Positions 1 to 12,647 of a DNA stretch of 64,000 nt are shown here, piece by piece. The notes under the pieces are model-generated. The model saw nothing but the letters and a program-made list of their open reading frames with translations. It searched no databases and was not told the origin of the DNA. The stretch is from NCBI GenBank assembly GCA_905181955.1, contig CAJJAC010000008.1:69-64068 (forward strand), in the 5' to 3' direction. The stretch is from SAR86 cluster bacterium SAR86B. GTDB lineage: Bacteria; Pseudomonadota; Gammaproteobacteria; Magnimaribacterales; D2472. Position numbers and translations under genes: made by a program. Within the stretch, counting starts at the first letter, position 1. The number at the start of each line of letters is the position of its first letter.

Positions 1-208
1 GATTAGGATCGTCGATGACTCCTGGCATGTACAACGTATCTCTGGGTCGTTTCGTGATAACCACATCGTTGTTTTTTGCGGTTACGAGGTGAAAGCGAAT
101 CTCATGGTCATAATGCTTGTTTGTCCGAAAACAGGTGACCATCGCCTCGTGCAAGAGAGTAGTACCGGATCGCGGCGAGCAGGCAACAATGTGAATGTGC
201 TTAAACAG
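1..208 (-). CDS. Sulfotransferase family protein, 5' part (runs off the window start)
   Basis: Hand translation gives (L/M)FKHIHIVACSPRSGTTLLHEAMVTCF..., open to position 2. PRSGTT after a hydrophobic beta-strand is the PAPS 5'-phosphosulfate-binding loop. The probable start is CTG at 208, 7 nt after AGGGAG. Not in the ORF track. Confidence 0.7.
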   Translation of the reverse strand, partial: MFKHIHIVACSPRSGTTLLHEAMVTCFRTNKHYDHEIRFHLVTAKNNDVVITKRPRDTLYMPGVIDDPN

Positions 209-420
209 ACGTCAACTCCCTAGTGCGCCGTCGAGGGCCGAATACTTCTTTTGCCAAAACATTTTTTTTACACTCTTTACACTTACCTCTATGCATAAAT
301 TTATTTTGCCATGACTCTCTATAAATGTCTTATGAATACTCATAAGAGACCGCAAGTAGTCATATCAACCCCTCATGACTTTCGCTAACACGAAAAAATA
401 GGTGAAATTTTTAGAGTAGT

Positions 421-477
421 TTTTACCGGGGTTGTTTTTTTGGAATTTTTAAAACACCCGCAGAATGCGAGGTAAAA
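421..477 (-). terminator. Stem-loop region downstream of glmS, possible terminator
   Basis: TTTTACC (421-427) and GGTAAAA (471-477) enclose an imperfect CGGGGTTGTTTT/AAAACACCCG stem and a CGCA-GAA-TGCG hairpin. There is no clean U-tract on the minus strand. Confidence 0.3.
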
Positions 478-495
478 GTTAAAACCTAGCTATGG

Positions 496-2322
496 CTACT
501 CGACGGTGACTGACTTAGCTAAGTTCCTTGGTTGGTCAATATCTGTGCCTCTTAAAAGGGCTACTTCATAAGAAAGCAGTTGAAGGGGGATGGTATAAAT
601 AATAGGTGTTAAAAGAAAGTCGCACTTAGGCATGCTTATCACAGCGCCATTATTTACATCCATAGTTACTGATGGATCTGCAAATACGTAAAGAGTTCCA
701 CCTCTAGCTTTGACTTCTTCTAAATTAGATACAAGCTTTTCTGCAATTTCACTCTCTGGGGCTAAAGCTATAACTGGCATATTTTCATCTATAAGCGCTA
801 ATGGTCCATGTTTAAGTTCGCCGGCTGGATAAGCTTCAGCATGAATATATGAAATCTCTTTTAATTTTAAGGCACCCTCTTTTGCAATCGGGTAAAAGAC
901 TCCTCTTCCCAAGAAAAGCGCATTATCTTTGCTTGCTATAGCTGGTGCTATTGCTAAAATTTGATCTTTGAGCTTTAAAGTCTCATGAATAACTTCTGGT
1001 AAAGTCCTTAGTGCAGTAACCACTCGCTTTCTTAGTATTGGATTTAATTCTCTGCTTTTTGCTAAAGATAGTGCCAGGAGCATGAGGCCGGCAAGTTGAG
1101 TGGTAAATGCTTTGGTGGAAGCAACGCCAATCTCAGGCCCTGCATTAGTAAATAAAACAAAATCTGATTCTCTGGCTAAAGAGCTTGTTGGCACATTACA
1201 AATTCCAACCGAGCCTAGATAGTCTTTTTCTTTTGCGTATCTTAATGCAGCAAGGGTATCTGCGGTTTCGCCTGATTGGGAAATAGTAATTAATAAAGAG
1301 TTCTTATCAACATGGGGGTTCCTATACCTATACTCACTTGCATAATCAACCTGACATGGAAGCTCAGAGATAGAGGAAAACCAATTGGCTGCTACTCGGC
1401 CGGCATGCAGGCTGGTTCCACAGGCTACTATTTGAATTCGCTCCACTTGTGCAAATAATTCAGCTGAACCCAGGCCAAAAATATTATCCAGCACATCATC
1501 GCCGCCTATTCTGCCATCAATGGTATTTAGAATAGCTTGGGGCTGCTCATAAATTTCCTTTTCCATATAATGCTTATACTCACCTTTTGAAGTTGCCTGA
1601 CTGGAAATATCTATCTTAGTAATCTCTCTGGTGACTTGTTTTTTGTTAGCATCAAAAATTGTATAGGCTTCTGCTGAAATTTCAGCCACATCGCCGTCTT
1701 CTAAAAAGATAAATTCATTGGTTAATTGACCAATTGCCAAAGGGTCAGATGCAGCAAGTATTTCGTCTGTGCCTAGGCCCAATAATAAAGGTGACTTGTT
1801 TCTTGCAACTACAAGGCTTTCATTGTCGTTGATATCAATAGCTGCAATGGCATAAGCCCCCTCTAGTTTGGCTTTTGCAAGATACATGGCATCAATCATG
1901 TTGTTGCTTTGTTTAAGATAAAGATCAAGCAAATGGGCTATGAGTTCTGAGTCTGTTTGGGATAAAAATTCATAACCATCTTTGATCAAAGACTCTCTGA
2001 GTTCTATGTAATTTTCAATGATGCCGTTGTGAACAATATAAACGTTATTTTTTGATTGGTGCGGATGAGCGTTTATTTCTGATGGCTCTCCATGGGTTGC
2101 CCATCTTGTATGCGCTATACCCAGCTTACTTTTTGGTTTTTCAGCAACCATTTTGTCTTCAAGTAACTGAACTTTTCCAAGCGCTCTAAGATGCGCTATT
2201 GAGTCGTTTTGATGCAGCGCTATGCCAGCAGAGTCATAGCCTCTGTACTCCATCTTATGAAGACCTTGTACTAAAAGTTTACCTACATTTCTAGTAGATG
2301 CAGCAGCTATAATTCCACACAT
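496..2322 (-). CDS. glmS: Glutamine--fructose-6-phosphate aminotransferase
   Basis: N-terminal MCGI (Ntn Cys), HTRWATHG, SQSGETADT and C-terminal PRNLAKSVTVE. Confidence 0.99.
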   Translation of the reverse strand: MCGIIAAASTRNVGKLLVQGLHKMEYRGYDSAGIALHQNDSIAHLRALGKVQLLEDKMVAEKPKSKLGIAHTRWATHGEPSEINAHPHQSKNNVYIVHNGIIENYIELRESLIKDGYEFLSQTDSELIAHLLDLYLKQSNNMIDAMYLAKAKLEGAYAIAAIDINDNESLVVARNKSPLLLGLGTDEILAASDPLAIGQLTNEFIFLEDGDVAEISAEAYTIFDANKKQVTREITKIDISSQATSKGEYKHYMEKEIYEQPQAILNTIDGRIGGDDVLDNIFGLGSAELFAQVERIQIVACGTSLHAGRVAANWFSSISELPCQVDYASEYRYRNPHVDKNSLLITISQSGETADTLAALRYAKEKDYLGSVGICNVPTSSLARESDFVLFTNAGPEIGVASTKAFTTQLAGLMLLALSLAKSRELNPILRKRVVTALRTLPEVIHETLKLKDQILAIAPAIASKDNALFLGRGVFYPIAKEGALKLKEISYIHAEAYPAGELKHGPLALIDENMPVIALAPESEIAEKLVSNLEEVKARGGTLYVFADPSVTMDVNNGAVISMPKCDFLLTPIIYTIPLQLLSYEVALLRGTDIDQPRNLAKSVTVE

Positions 2323-3677
2323 TATTTTTTATCCTTAGACCAATCTTCTTTGATTACCTGTTTGCCTCGGCCTACGGCCAAAGCATTATCTGGAACATCT
2401 TTAGTAATAACAGAGCCAGCTCCTACGTATGCATTGTTGCCAATCTCAACTGGAGCAACGAGTGATGAATTGGTACCAATAAAACTATCACTGCCTATAG
2501 TGGTCTGATGTTTGTTAGTCCCGTCATAATTACAAGTAATCGTTCCCGCGCCAATATTAGTATTCTCACCAACCTCCGCATCACCAAGGTAGGTAAAGTG
2601 ATTGGCTTTAGCGCCTTTGCCTAAAGTGGTTTTTTTAGTTTCTACAAAGTTGCCAACTTTAGCTCCATCCTCAATTACGCTGCCCTCTCTTAGTCGAGCA
2701 TAAGGGCCGATACTGCATTGTGAACCAACCTTTGCATTACACAGATGAGAAAAGGGCTCGATAGTTGTGTTATCGCCAATGACGACATCTTTTAAATAGT
2801 TGTTTGCGCCAATAGAAACTCCATTTCCAAGCTTAATATTGCCTTCCAATATCACATTGATATCAATTGAGCAGTCATTACCAGCATCTACGCTGCCTCT
2901 AACGTCTGTTCTTGATTTATCGGCTAGTGTGATGCCTTTGTCTAATAAGTCTTGTGCGTTCATATTTCTTAGTATTGATTCAAGCGCCTCGAGTTCTGAT
3001 TTACTGTTTGCTCCTCTTACCTCATCATTATTTGCGGTAACAGGTATTATATTAATACCTTTTGCAGAAATAATCTTAACTAGGTCAGTTAAATAAAACT
3101 CTTGAGCCGCATTATCATTGGTAACTTCTTGGAGTCCAGCCTCTAAAAGCTCTTGGTTTATGCATAAAATGCCTGTAAAAATTTCTTTAATAAGTTTTAT
3201 ATCAGCTGTTGCATCTTTTTCTTCAACTATAGCTTGGGCTATATTGTCAGCATTAGTAACCACTCTGCCATAACCAAAAGGATTATCTAGAGAGGTAGTA
3301 AGAATTGAGAAACCGTCCTTGGATTTTTTAATTAATTCTCTTAAGGAGTCTTCTGATACCAAAGGAACATCGCCATATAGGACTAAGACCGTTTCATCCT
3401 TGCTGGTATGAGACATAGCGCTTTTTACAGCATCAGCAGTACCAAGTTGATTGGTTTGAATGACTGTAGAAACATCACCTTCTATGTTTTGGAGATGCTT
3501 TAAAACCCCGTCTTTGTCATGTCCTAAAACAACTGTAGATTTTGAATGAAGATTTGCTGTCGTTCTTAGAACTCTTTGGAGCATAGACATGCCACCAATG
3601 GTTTGGAGAACTTTAGCTTTATTAGATTTCATTCTAGAGCCAGCTCCGGCTGCAAGAATAATAGTATGTATTTTCAC
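2322..3677 (-). CDS. glmU: Bifunctional GlcNAc-1-P uridyltransferase/acetyltransferase
   Basis: LAAGxGxRMKS, YGDVP, hexapeptide repeats, NIGAGTITCNYDG; GTG start. Confidence 0.98.
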   Translation of the reverse strand: MKIHTIILAAGAGSRMKSNKAKVLQTIGGMSMLQRVLRTTANLHSKSTVVLGHDKDGVLKHLQNIEGDVSTVIQTNQLGTADAVKSAMSHTSKDETVLVLYGDVPLVSEDSLRELIKKSKDGFSILTTSLDNPFGYGRVVTNADNIAQAIVEEKDATADIKLIKEIFTGILCINQELLEAGLQEVTNDNAAQEFYLTDLVKIISAKGINIIPVTANNDEVRGANSKSELEALESILRNMNAQDLLDKGITLADKSRTDVRGSVDAGNDCSIDINVILEGNIKLGNGVSIGANNYLKDVVIGDNTTIEPFSHLCNAKVGSQCSIGPYARLREGSVIEDGAKVGNFVETKKTTLGKGAKANHFTYLGDAEVGENTNIGAGTITCNYDGTNKHQTTIGSDSFIGTNSSLVAPVEIGNNAYVGAGSVITKDVPDNALAVGRGKQVIKEDWSKDKK

Positions 3678-3702
3678 AATAATTTAAAGTTAAAGACTAA
3701 CC

Positions 3703-4116
3703 TTAAATGTTTTTGCGCAGTTTTTGAATAGTTTTTAATCTTGCGACAGCTTCGACGAGTTGCGCTGCTGCTTTTGCGTAGTCAATTGTTGACTGCTGAT
3801 CGGCTAAACTTTGCTCTGCTGCCTCTTTAGCTTTTAAGGCTTCTGATTCATCTAGACTATCTGCTCTTTCGGCTGTATCAGACAAAATAGTAACCATGTC
3901 TGGTTGAACTTCAACAAAGCCGCCTGAGCAAAAAAAGGTTTCTTCTTCTGAGCCATTTTGAACTCTAACAGGCCCAGGTGCTAGGCCTGTTAACAAAGGT
4001 GTATGTCCGGGCGCTATACCAAGCTCGCCTAGTGATCCAGTAGCAAAAACCATAGTGGCCTCACCTGAATATATTTCCTCACTCGAGGACACTATGCTGA
4101 TCTTAATATTGCTCAT
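3703..4116 (-). CDS. atpC: ATP synthase F1 epsilon subunit
   Basis: GELGIAPGHTPL, SGGFVEVQPD; operon position. Confidence 0.97.
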   Translation of the reverse strand: MSNIKISIVSSSEEIYSGEATMVFATGSLGELGIAPGHTPLLTGLAPGPVRVQNGSEEETFFCSGGFVEVQPDMVTILSDTAERADSLDESEALKAKEAAEQSLADQQSTIDYAKAAAQLVEAVARLKTIQKLRKNI

Positions 4117-4118
4117 AC

Positions 4119-6390
<2,272 letters not shown>

Positions 6391-6408
6391 TTCTTATTTC
6401 TTATTTCG

Positions 6409-7953
6409 TTAAAAGGTTTGTGTTTTCTTGAAAGATTCAACAAGTTCCGTGAATTGCTTTTCAATACCATCATCCCAATCGCCGGTATCATTAATTTGTT
6501 TTTCAAGATCACTTTTCTCAGCTGTTAAGTAGCCATGTAGTGCTTCTTCAAAAGCTAAAATTTTGTTCACTTCCACATCTGCCAAATAACCTCTATCTGC
6601 AGCAAATAAGCTTAGCGCTTGTTGAGCTACTGACATGGGTGCAAATTGCTTTTGTTTTAAAAGCTCTGTAAATGCTCGTCCATTTGCAAGCTGTTGCTTT
6701 GTTGCGTCATCTAAATCAGATGCAAATTGGGAGAAGGCTGCTAGTTCACGATACTGAGCTAAAGCTGTTCTAACTCCACCAGCAAGTTTTTTCATAATTT
6801 TAGTTTGTGCCGCTCCACCAACTCTTGAAACAGAGAGACCTGCATTAATAGCTGGTCGTATTCCTGAATTAAATAATTCAGTCTCAAGATAAATCTGACC
6901 ATCTGTAATTGAAATTACATTAGTTGGAACAAAAGCCGAAACATCGCCTGCTTGAGTTTCAATAATAGGCAGTGCTGTTAAAGATCCTGTTTTGCCTTTA
7001 ACTTTTCCGCCGGTAGCTTTTTCAACATAGTCAGCATTAACTCTAGCTGCTCTTTCTAATAATCTTGAATGTAGATAGAAAACATCTCCTGGATATGCTT
7101 CTCTTCCTGGAGGACGTTTTAATAGCAAGGATACCTGTCTATAGGCTACCGCTTGCTTAGATAAATCATCATATACAATAAGAGCATCTTCACCCTTATC
7201 TCTGAAATATTCTCCCATTGAACACCCGGCATATGCTGAAAGATATTGCATAGGGGCTGGATCAGACGCTGAGGCTGAAACCACAGTTGTATGCTCCATA
7301 GCTCCATGTTCTTCTAATTTTTTAACAACACTAGCAACAGTCGATTGTTTTTGACCAATGGCAACATAGATACATTTAACCCCTGTGCCTTTTTGGTTAA
7401 TAATCGCATCAATAGCTACAGCAGTTTTTCCTGTTTGTCTGTCGCCAATAATAAGCTCTCTTTGACCTCTGCCAATTGGAACCATGGCATCAATGGCTTT
7501 TAGTCCAATTTGGACCGGTTGATCAACGGATTGACGAGCAATAACACCAGGGGCAACAACCTCAACAGGGGCAGTCGCTTCAGCTTTTATTTCACCCTTA
7601 CCATCGATTGGAGCACCTAAAGTATTAACTACTCTTCCTAGTAACGCTTCCCCAACAGGAACCTCTAGAATTCTTCCTGTACAAACAACTTTTTGGCCCT
7701 CAATAAGCTCCAAGTAGTCACCAAGCACAACAGCGCCAACTGAATCTTGCTCTAAGTTGAGCGCAAGACCAAAAGTCCCGTTCTCAAACTCTATTAATTC
7801 ACCATACATAACATCGCCCATGCCGTGTATTCGAACAATACCGTCAGAAATACTAACGATAATGCCCTCATTCTTTCTTTCTGCAGATAAATCTAAGCCT
7901 GCTATTTTGTCTTTTAGGACGCTTGAGATTTCAGATGGATTTAATTGACTCAT
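6409..7953 (-). CDS. atpA: ATP synthase F1 alpha subunit
   Basis: [29 protein letters not shown]. Confidence 0.99.
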   Translation of the reverse strand: MSQLNPSEISSVLKDKIAGLDLSAERKNEGIIVSISDGIVRIHGMGDVMYGELIEFENGTFGLALNLEQDSVGAVVLGDYLELIEGQKVVCTGRILEVPVGEALLGRVVNTLGAPIDGKGEIKAEATAPVEVVAPGVIARQSVDQPVQIGLKAIDAMVPIGRGQRELIIGDRQTGKTAVAIDAIINQKGTGVKCIYVAIGQKQSTVASVVKKLEEHGAMEHTTVVSASASDPAPMQYLSAYAGCSMGEYFRDKGEDALIVYDDLSKQAVAYRQVSLLLKRPPGREAYPGDVFYLHSRLLERAARVNADYVEKATGGKVKGKTGSLTALPIIETQAGDVSAFVPTNVISITDGQIYLETELFNSGIRPAINAGLSVSRVGGAAQTKIMKKLAGGVRTALAQYRELAAFSQFASDLDDATKQQLANGRAFTELLKQKQFAPMSVAQQALSLFAADRGYLADVEVNKILAFEEALHGYLTAEKSDLEKQINDTGDWDDGIEKQFTELVESFKKTQTF

Positions 7954-7962
7954 TTTTTTACC

Positions 7963-8499
7963 TTAAAAATTTAATTGGTTTACTAGTTTTTTGACTCTTC
8001 CTCTTATGGAAAGGTCTAAAGTTTCATCACCAACCTTTAAAGACATGCCGCCCATTATAGAGGCATCTTCTTTAAAGTTGATGTTCGCACTTGCTCCATG
8101 CAAAGCTTGAAGTTTGTTAATAATAGTTTGTTTTGATTCAGCGCTTGGCTCAGAGGCAACGATGACCTCTATTGAGCTTTGATTGTTATGCTCTTGAAGT
8201 AATTCCTGATAAATATCAAAAATAGCACTTAGGAGATTTAATCTGCCATTTTCTGCTAAAACATCTATAAGGCGTTTAGTCAGGTTTGATAATTCTGCAT
8301 CAAAAACACTTATCAGTTTTGCTGCCGTTTCTGTTTTAGAAAGTTCTGGGTTTTCTATAATTTTATTTATTTGCTCTGTTTGAATAGCTTGGCCTAAAAG
8401 ATTAAGTTCGTTTTCAACAGAATTAACTTCGCCCGCCTCTAAAGCGGCAGAAAATATTGCTTTCGCATATGGTCTGGCTAATGAGGTGAGTTCAATCAT
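7963..8499 (-). CDS. atpH: ATP synthase F1 delta subunit
   Basis: ARPYAKA and the C-terminal GG..GD..D.S motif; operon position. Confidence 0.95.
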   Translation of the reverse strand: MIELTSLARPYAKAIFSAALEAGEVNSVENELNLLGQAIQTEQINKIIENPELSKTETAAKLISVFDAELSNLTKRLIDVLAENGRLNLLSAIFDIYQELLQEHNNQSSIEVIVASEPSAESKQTIINKLQALHGASANINFKEDASIMGGMSLKVGDETLDLSIRGRVKKLVNQLNF

Positions 8500-8501
8500 T
8501 T

Positions 8502-8972
8502 CTATAGTTCCGCTGCAGCTTTCTTAAGAAGATCATCGTGCTTCTCAGGAGAAATTTCTTGATCCAAGATTTTTTGAGTTGTATCAATGATAATTTCAGA
8601 CATCTGTGATTTTAATTCTTCTTTTGCATTATTTGTTTCATTCTCAATAGTTTTAGACGCTGAGGATAAAATCTTTTCAGCTTCATCTTGAGCTTTGTTT
8701 TTGGCATCGCTCACTATTTGAGAAGCTCTTTGGTTAGCTTTATCAATTAACTCTGAAGCTTCTACTTTTGCTTTATTTAGTTCTTTATCAAAAGCAAGTT
8801 GAGCTTCTTCTAATGAGTCATCTGCTTTTTTAGCAGCCTCTAACCCATCAGCTATTCTTTTTTCGCGCTCAGCCATGGCAGCAATAATTGGCGGCCATAC
8901 ATACTTCCAGCATATAGCCACAAAAATAACAAAAGCTATAGTTTGTCCGAATAAGGTGGCATTAATATTCAT
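8502..8972 (-). CDS. atpF: ATP synthase F0 subunit b
   Basis: [16 protein letters not shown], long coiled coil. Confidence 0.97.
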   Translation of the reverse strand: MNINATLFGQTIAFVIFVAICWKYVWPPIIAAMAEREKRIADGLEAAKKADDSLEEAQLAFDKELNKAKVEASELIDKANQRASQIVSDAKNKAQDEAEKILSSASKTIENETNNAKEELKSQMSEIIIDTTQKILDQEISPEKHDDLLKKAAAEL

Positions 8973-8978
8973 TCTAAA

Positions 8979-9212
<234 letters not shown>

Positions 9213-9229
9213 TCAAAAATGAGGATCTA

Positions 9230-10392
<1,163 letters not shown>

Positions 10393-10425
10393 GTGTATAA
10401 AAAAATATTAGGAATACAGGCGAGA

Positions 10426-10454
10426 ATTATAGAAAGATAACGCCTGAAGAACAA
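10426..10454 (-). promoter_or_regulatory. Sigma70-type promoter of the atp operon
   Basis: Minus strand TTGTTC (10454-10449)-N17-TATAAT (10431-10426), followed by a GC-richer discriminator and flanked by a CAGGCG/CGCCTG inverted repeat. Confidence 0.6.
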
Positions 10455-10472
10455 GTGATTTAAGTCTTTAAG

Positions 10473-11303
10473 TTAGACTAATTTGCTAATAATATTTTCT
10501 AACTCTTCTGCTGTTGAGTAATGTATTGAGACTTTGCCGTTTTTTTTGTTTTTTGCATCAATTTCTATCCTGTGACCAAAACCTTCTGACATCTCTTGTT
10601 CGATATTTAAAAGGTCTTTAGATTTTATTTTTGAAGGGGTTTTGTTTGGTTTTTTAGAGATTAAAGTTTGTGCCTCTCTAACCGTTAAGTTTGATTCAAT
10701 AATTTGCTTTGCAAGGTTTGATGCTTTGTCGGCATCAAGCGAAACAAGGAGTTTTGCATGGCCTTTTTCCAAGCCTCCTTGTGATAAAAGATCTAGCACT
10801 GACGCTGGTAGTGATAATAATCGAAGCGAATTCGCTATCGTGCTTCTAGCTTTTCCTGTTGTTCTAGCTACATCTTCTTGGGTTAATCCAAACTCTCTTT
10901 TTAGCCTATCGTAACCTCTAGCTTCTTCAACAGCATTAAGGTCTTCTCTTTGAAGGTTTTCGATCAGCGCAGCCTCTAGGGCGCTTTGATCTTCTTTTTG
11001 ATCAATCAAACATGGAATTGAATCAAGCCCTGCTTTTTTTGAAGCTCTTAAGCGTCTTTCTCCAGCTATAACCTCAAAAGCATTAAACCCAACCTCTCTT
11101 ACAAGAATTGGTGAAAGTACGCCGTGTTTTTGTATAGAAGAGGAAAGCTCAGAAATTTTTTCTTCATTAAAGTCTTGTCTGGGCTGAAATCTTCCTGGTG
11201 ATATTTCTGATATTTGTATTTCTTTTACCGATCTTTGGATTGGGCCCTGTGTTGATCCAAGAAGGGCATCTAATCCCCTGTTTAAAACTTTTTTATCAGA
11301 CAT
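10473..11303 (-). CDS. parB: Chromosome partitioning protein ParB
   Basis: LNRGLDALL, QPR, IAGERRLRA (CTPase motif), ENLQREDL, HTH. Confidence 0.97.
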   Translation of the reverse strand: MSDKKVLNRGLDALLGSTQGPIQRSVKEIQISEISPGRFQPRQDFNEEKISELSSSIQKHGVLSPILVREVGFNAFEVIAGERRLRASKKAGLDSIPCLIDQKEDQSALEAALIENLQREDLNAVEEARGYDRLKREFGLTQEDVARTTGKARSTIANSLRLLSLPASVLDLLSQGGLEKGHAKLLVSLDADKASNLAKQIIESNLTVREAQTLISKKPNKTPSKIKSKDLLNIEQEMSEGFGHRIEIDAKNKKNGKVSIHYSTAEELENIISKLV

Positions 11304-12057
11304 TTTCCACCCTTCTTATTAGCTCGCCAGCAAGTGCAAGATATGCTTTTGCGCCATAGGAGTTAGGCATATATTGTAATGCTGCAACCCCGTGACTTGG
11401 GGCTTCTGCAAGTTTAATGTTTCTTGGTATTATTGTATTAAACAAGATGCTAGAAAAGTGTGCTTCCAGTTCTTCTGATACCTCTTTTGCCAAATTATTT
11501 CTCATATCTACCATGGTTCTAATAATACCCAAAACTCTGTTTGATGACAGATTTTTATTTGAAAGGGATTGAATTGTGTCCATGAGCCCAGATATTCCTT
11601 CGAGCGAATAGTATTCACACTGAAGAGGGATAAGTGTTCCTGATGCAGCAAAAAGCGCCTCTATTGTTAGTTGATTTAGTGTTGGCGGGGTATCAATTAT
11701 GGTGTAATCAAAATCCGTGGTTATTGTTTTAATGGTTTTGGCTAAAAATTGTTGTTGGTTTTGATTGCGTATTCCAATCTCTAGGGCTAAAAGGTCTTGC
11801 CCGCCTGGGAGTATTTGGTAACCGCCTGAGCTTTCATAAATACTCTCATTGATAGAAATATTGTCGAAAAATATCTCATAAAGAGTGTTGGGGCTTTCTT
11901 CTTTAATCCCAGCTGCTGTTGTTGCGTTGCCCTGTGGGTCTAAGTCTATTAATAAAACTTTTCTTTTTGTAGCCGCTAGGCTTGCTGCAAGATTAACAGC
12001 TGTTGTGGTTTTGCCAACTCCGCCTTTTTGGTTTGCTATAGCTATTACTTTATTCAA
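11296..12057 (-). CDS. parA: Chromosome partitioning ATPase ParA/Soj
   Basis: NQKGGVGKTTT deviant Walker A, DLDPQGNAT, EAPSHG; TTG start. Confidence 0.97.
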   Translation of the reverse strand: MNKVIAIANQKGGVGKTTTAVNLAASLAATKRKVLLIDLDPQGNATTAAGIKEESPNTLYEIFFDNISINESIYESSGGYQILPGGQDLLALEIGIRNQNQQQFLAKTIKTITTDFDYTIIDTPPTLNQLTIEALFAASGTLIPLQCEYYSLEGISGLMDTIQSLSNKNLSSNRVLGIIRTMVDMRNNLAKEVSEELEAHFSSILFNTIIPRNIKLAEAPSHGVAALQYMPNSYGAKAYLALAGELIRRVENV

Positions 12058-12647
12058 TTTTGTTTAGTGATTACAAGAATGTGTCTTTCTTCATATTTGT
12101 TTTTAATTCTGATTATTTCATACTTGTGTTCTTTTTTGTTTATAGTTTCTATCTCTTCTAGAATTTTTTCTTCTTTACCCTTTAGCAGCAAATACCTTCC
12201 TCCTGTTTGTAAAAATGGGTTGCATATATTAATTATGTTTTGGGTTTGTGAGAACGCCCTTGCTGTCACCACATCAAAGATTCCTATATCTGATTTGTTT
12301 GTAAGGTGTTCCTCTTGAACTTTTATGTTTAGTATTTCAAGCTTCCTAATGGTCTTCTTTAAGAAATATGTTTTCTTTTTATTTGACTCTACAAGGGTTA
12401 TTTTGGTGTCTGGTCTTATGATGCCAATAAGCATTCCGGGAAAACCCGCGCCTGTGCCAACATCTAATATTTTATCGTTTTTTTCAATAAATTTTATTAG
12501 TGGCATACAGTCGTTGATGTCCTTTTGGTATATCTCTTCAATTGATTTTCTTACAAAAAGGTTATGGGCTTTGTTATATCGAAAAGCTTCCTCTACAAAG
12601 GTTTGTATTTTTTGCTCTTGGTTTTTAGGCAGGTCTAGGTTATGCAT
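12054..12647 (-). CDS. rsmG: 16S rRNA m7G527 methyltransferase
   Basis: DVGTGAGFPG, VES..KK, TARA; located between mnmG and parA. Confidence 0.93.
   Translation of the reverse strand: MHNLDLPKNQEQKIQTFVEEAFRYNKAHNLFVRKSIEEIYQKDINDCMPLIKFIEKNDKILDVGTGAGFPGMLIGIIRPDTKITLVESNKKKTYFLKKTIRKLEILNIKVQEEHLTNKSDIGIFDVVTARAFSQTQNIINICNPFLQTGGRYLLLKGKEEKILEEIETINKKEHKYEIIRIKNKYEERHILVITKQN

Noticed and set aside
212-214. Selenocysteine or recoded TGA upstream of the sulfotransferase
   Set aside because: The position is not catalytic and I see no convincing SECIS. Other genes use TGG for Trp and TGA as stop.
383-485. Integron attC-like site (GCTAAC ... GTTAAAA)
   Set aside because: The putative R boxes are not complementary beyond AAC/GTT, there is no clear L box pairing, and there is no integrase or cassette array
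440-495. Tn7-like transposon end at attTn7 downstream of glmS
   Set aside because: There is no TGT terminus about 25 bp past the stop (the nearest is about 40 bp away), no repeated TnsB-binding sites and no tns genes in view
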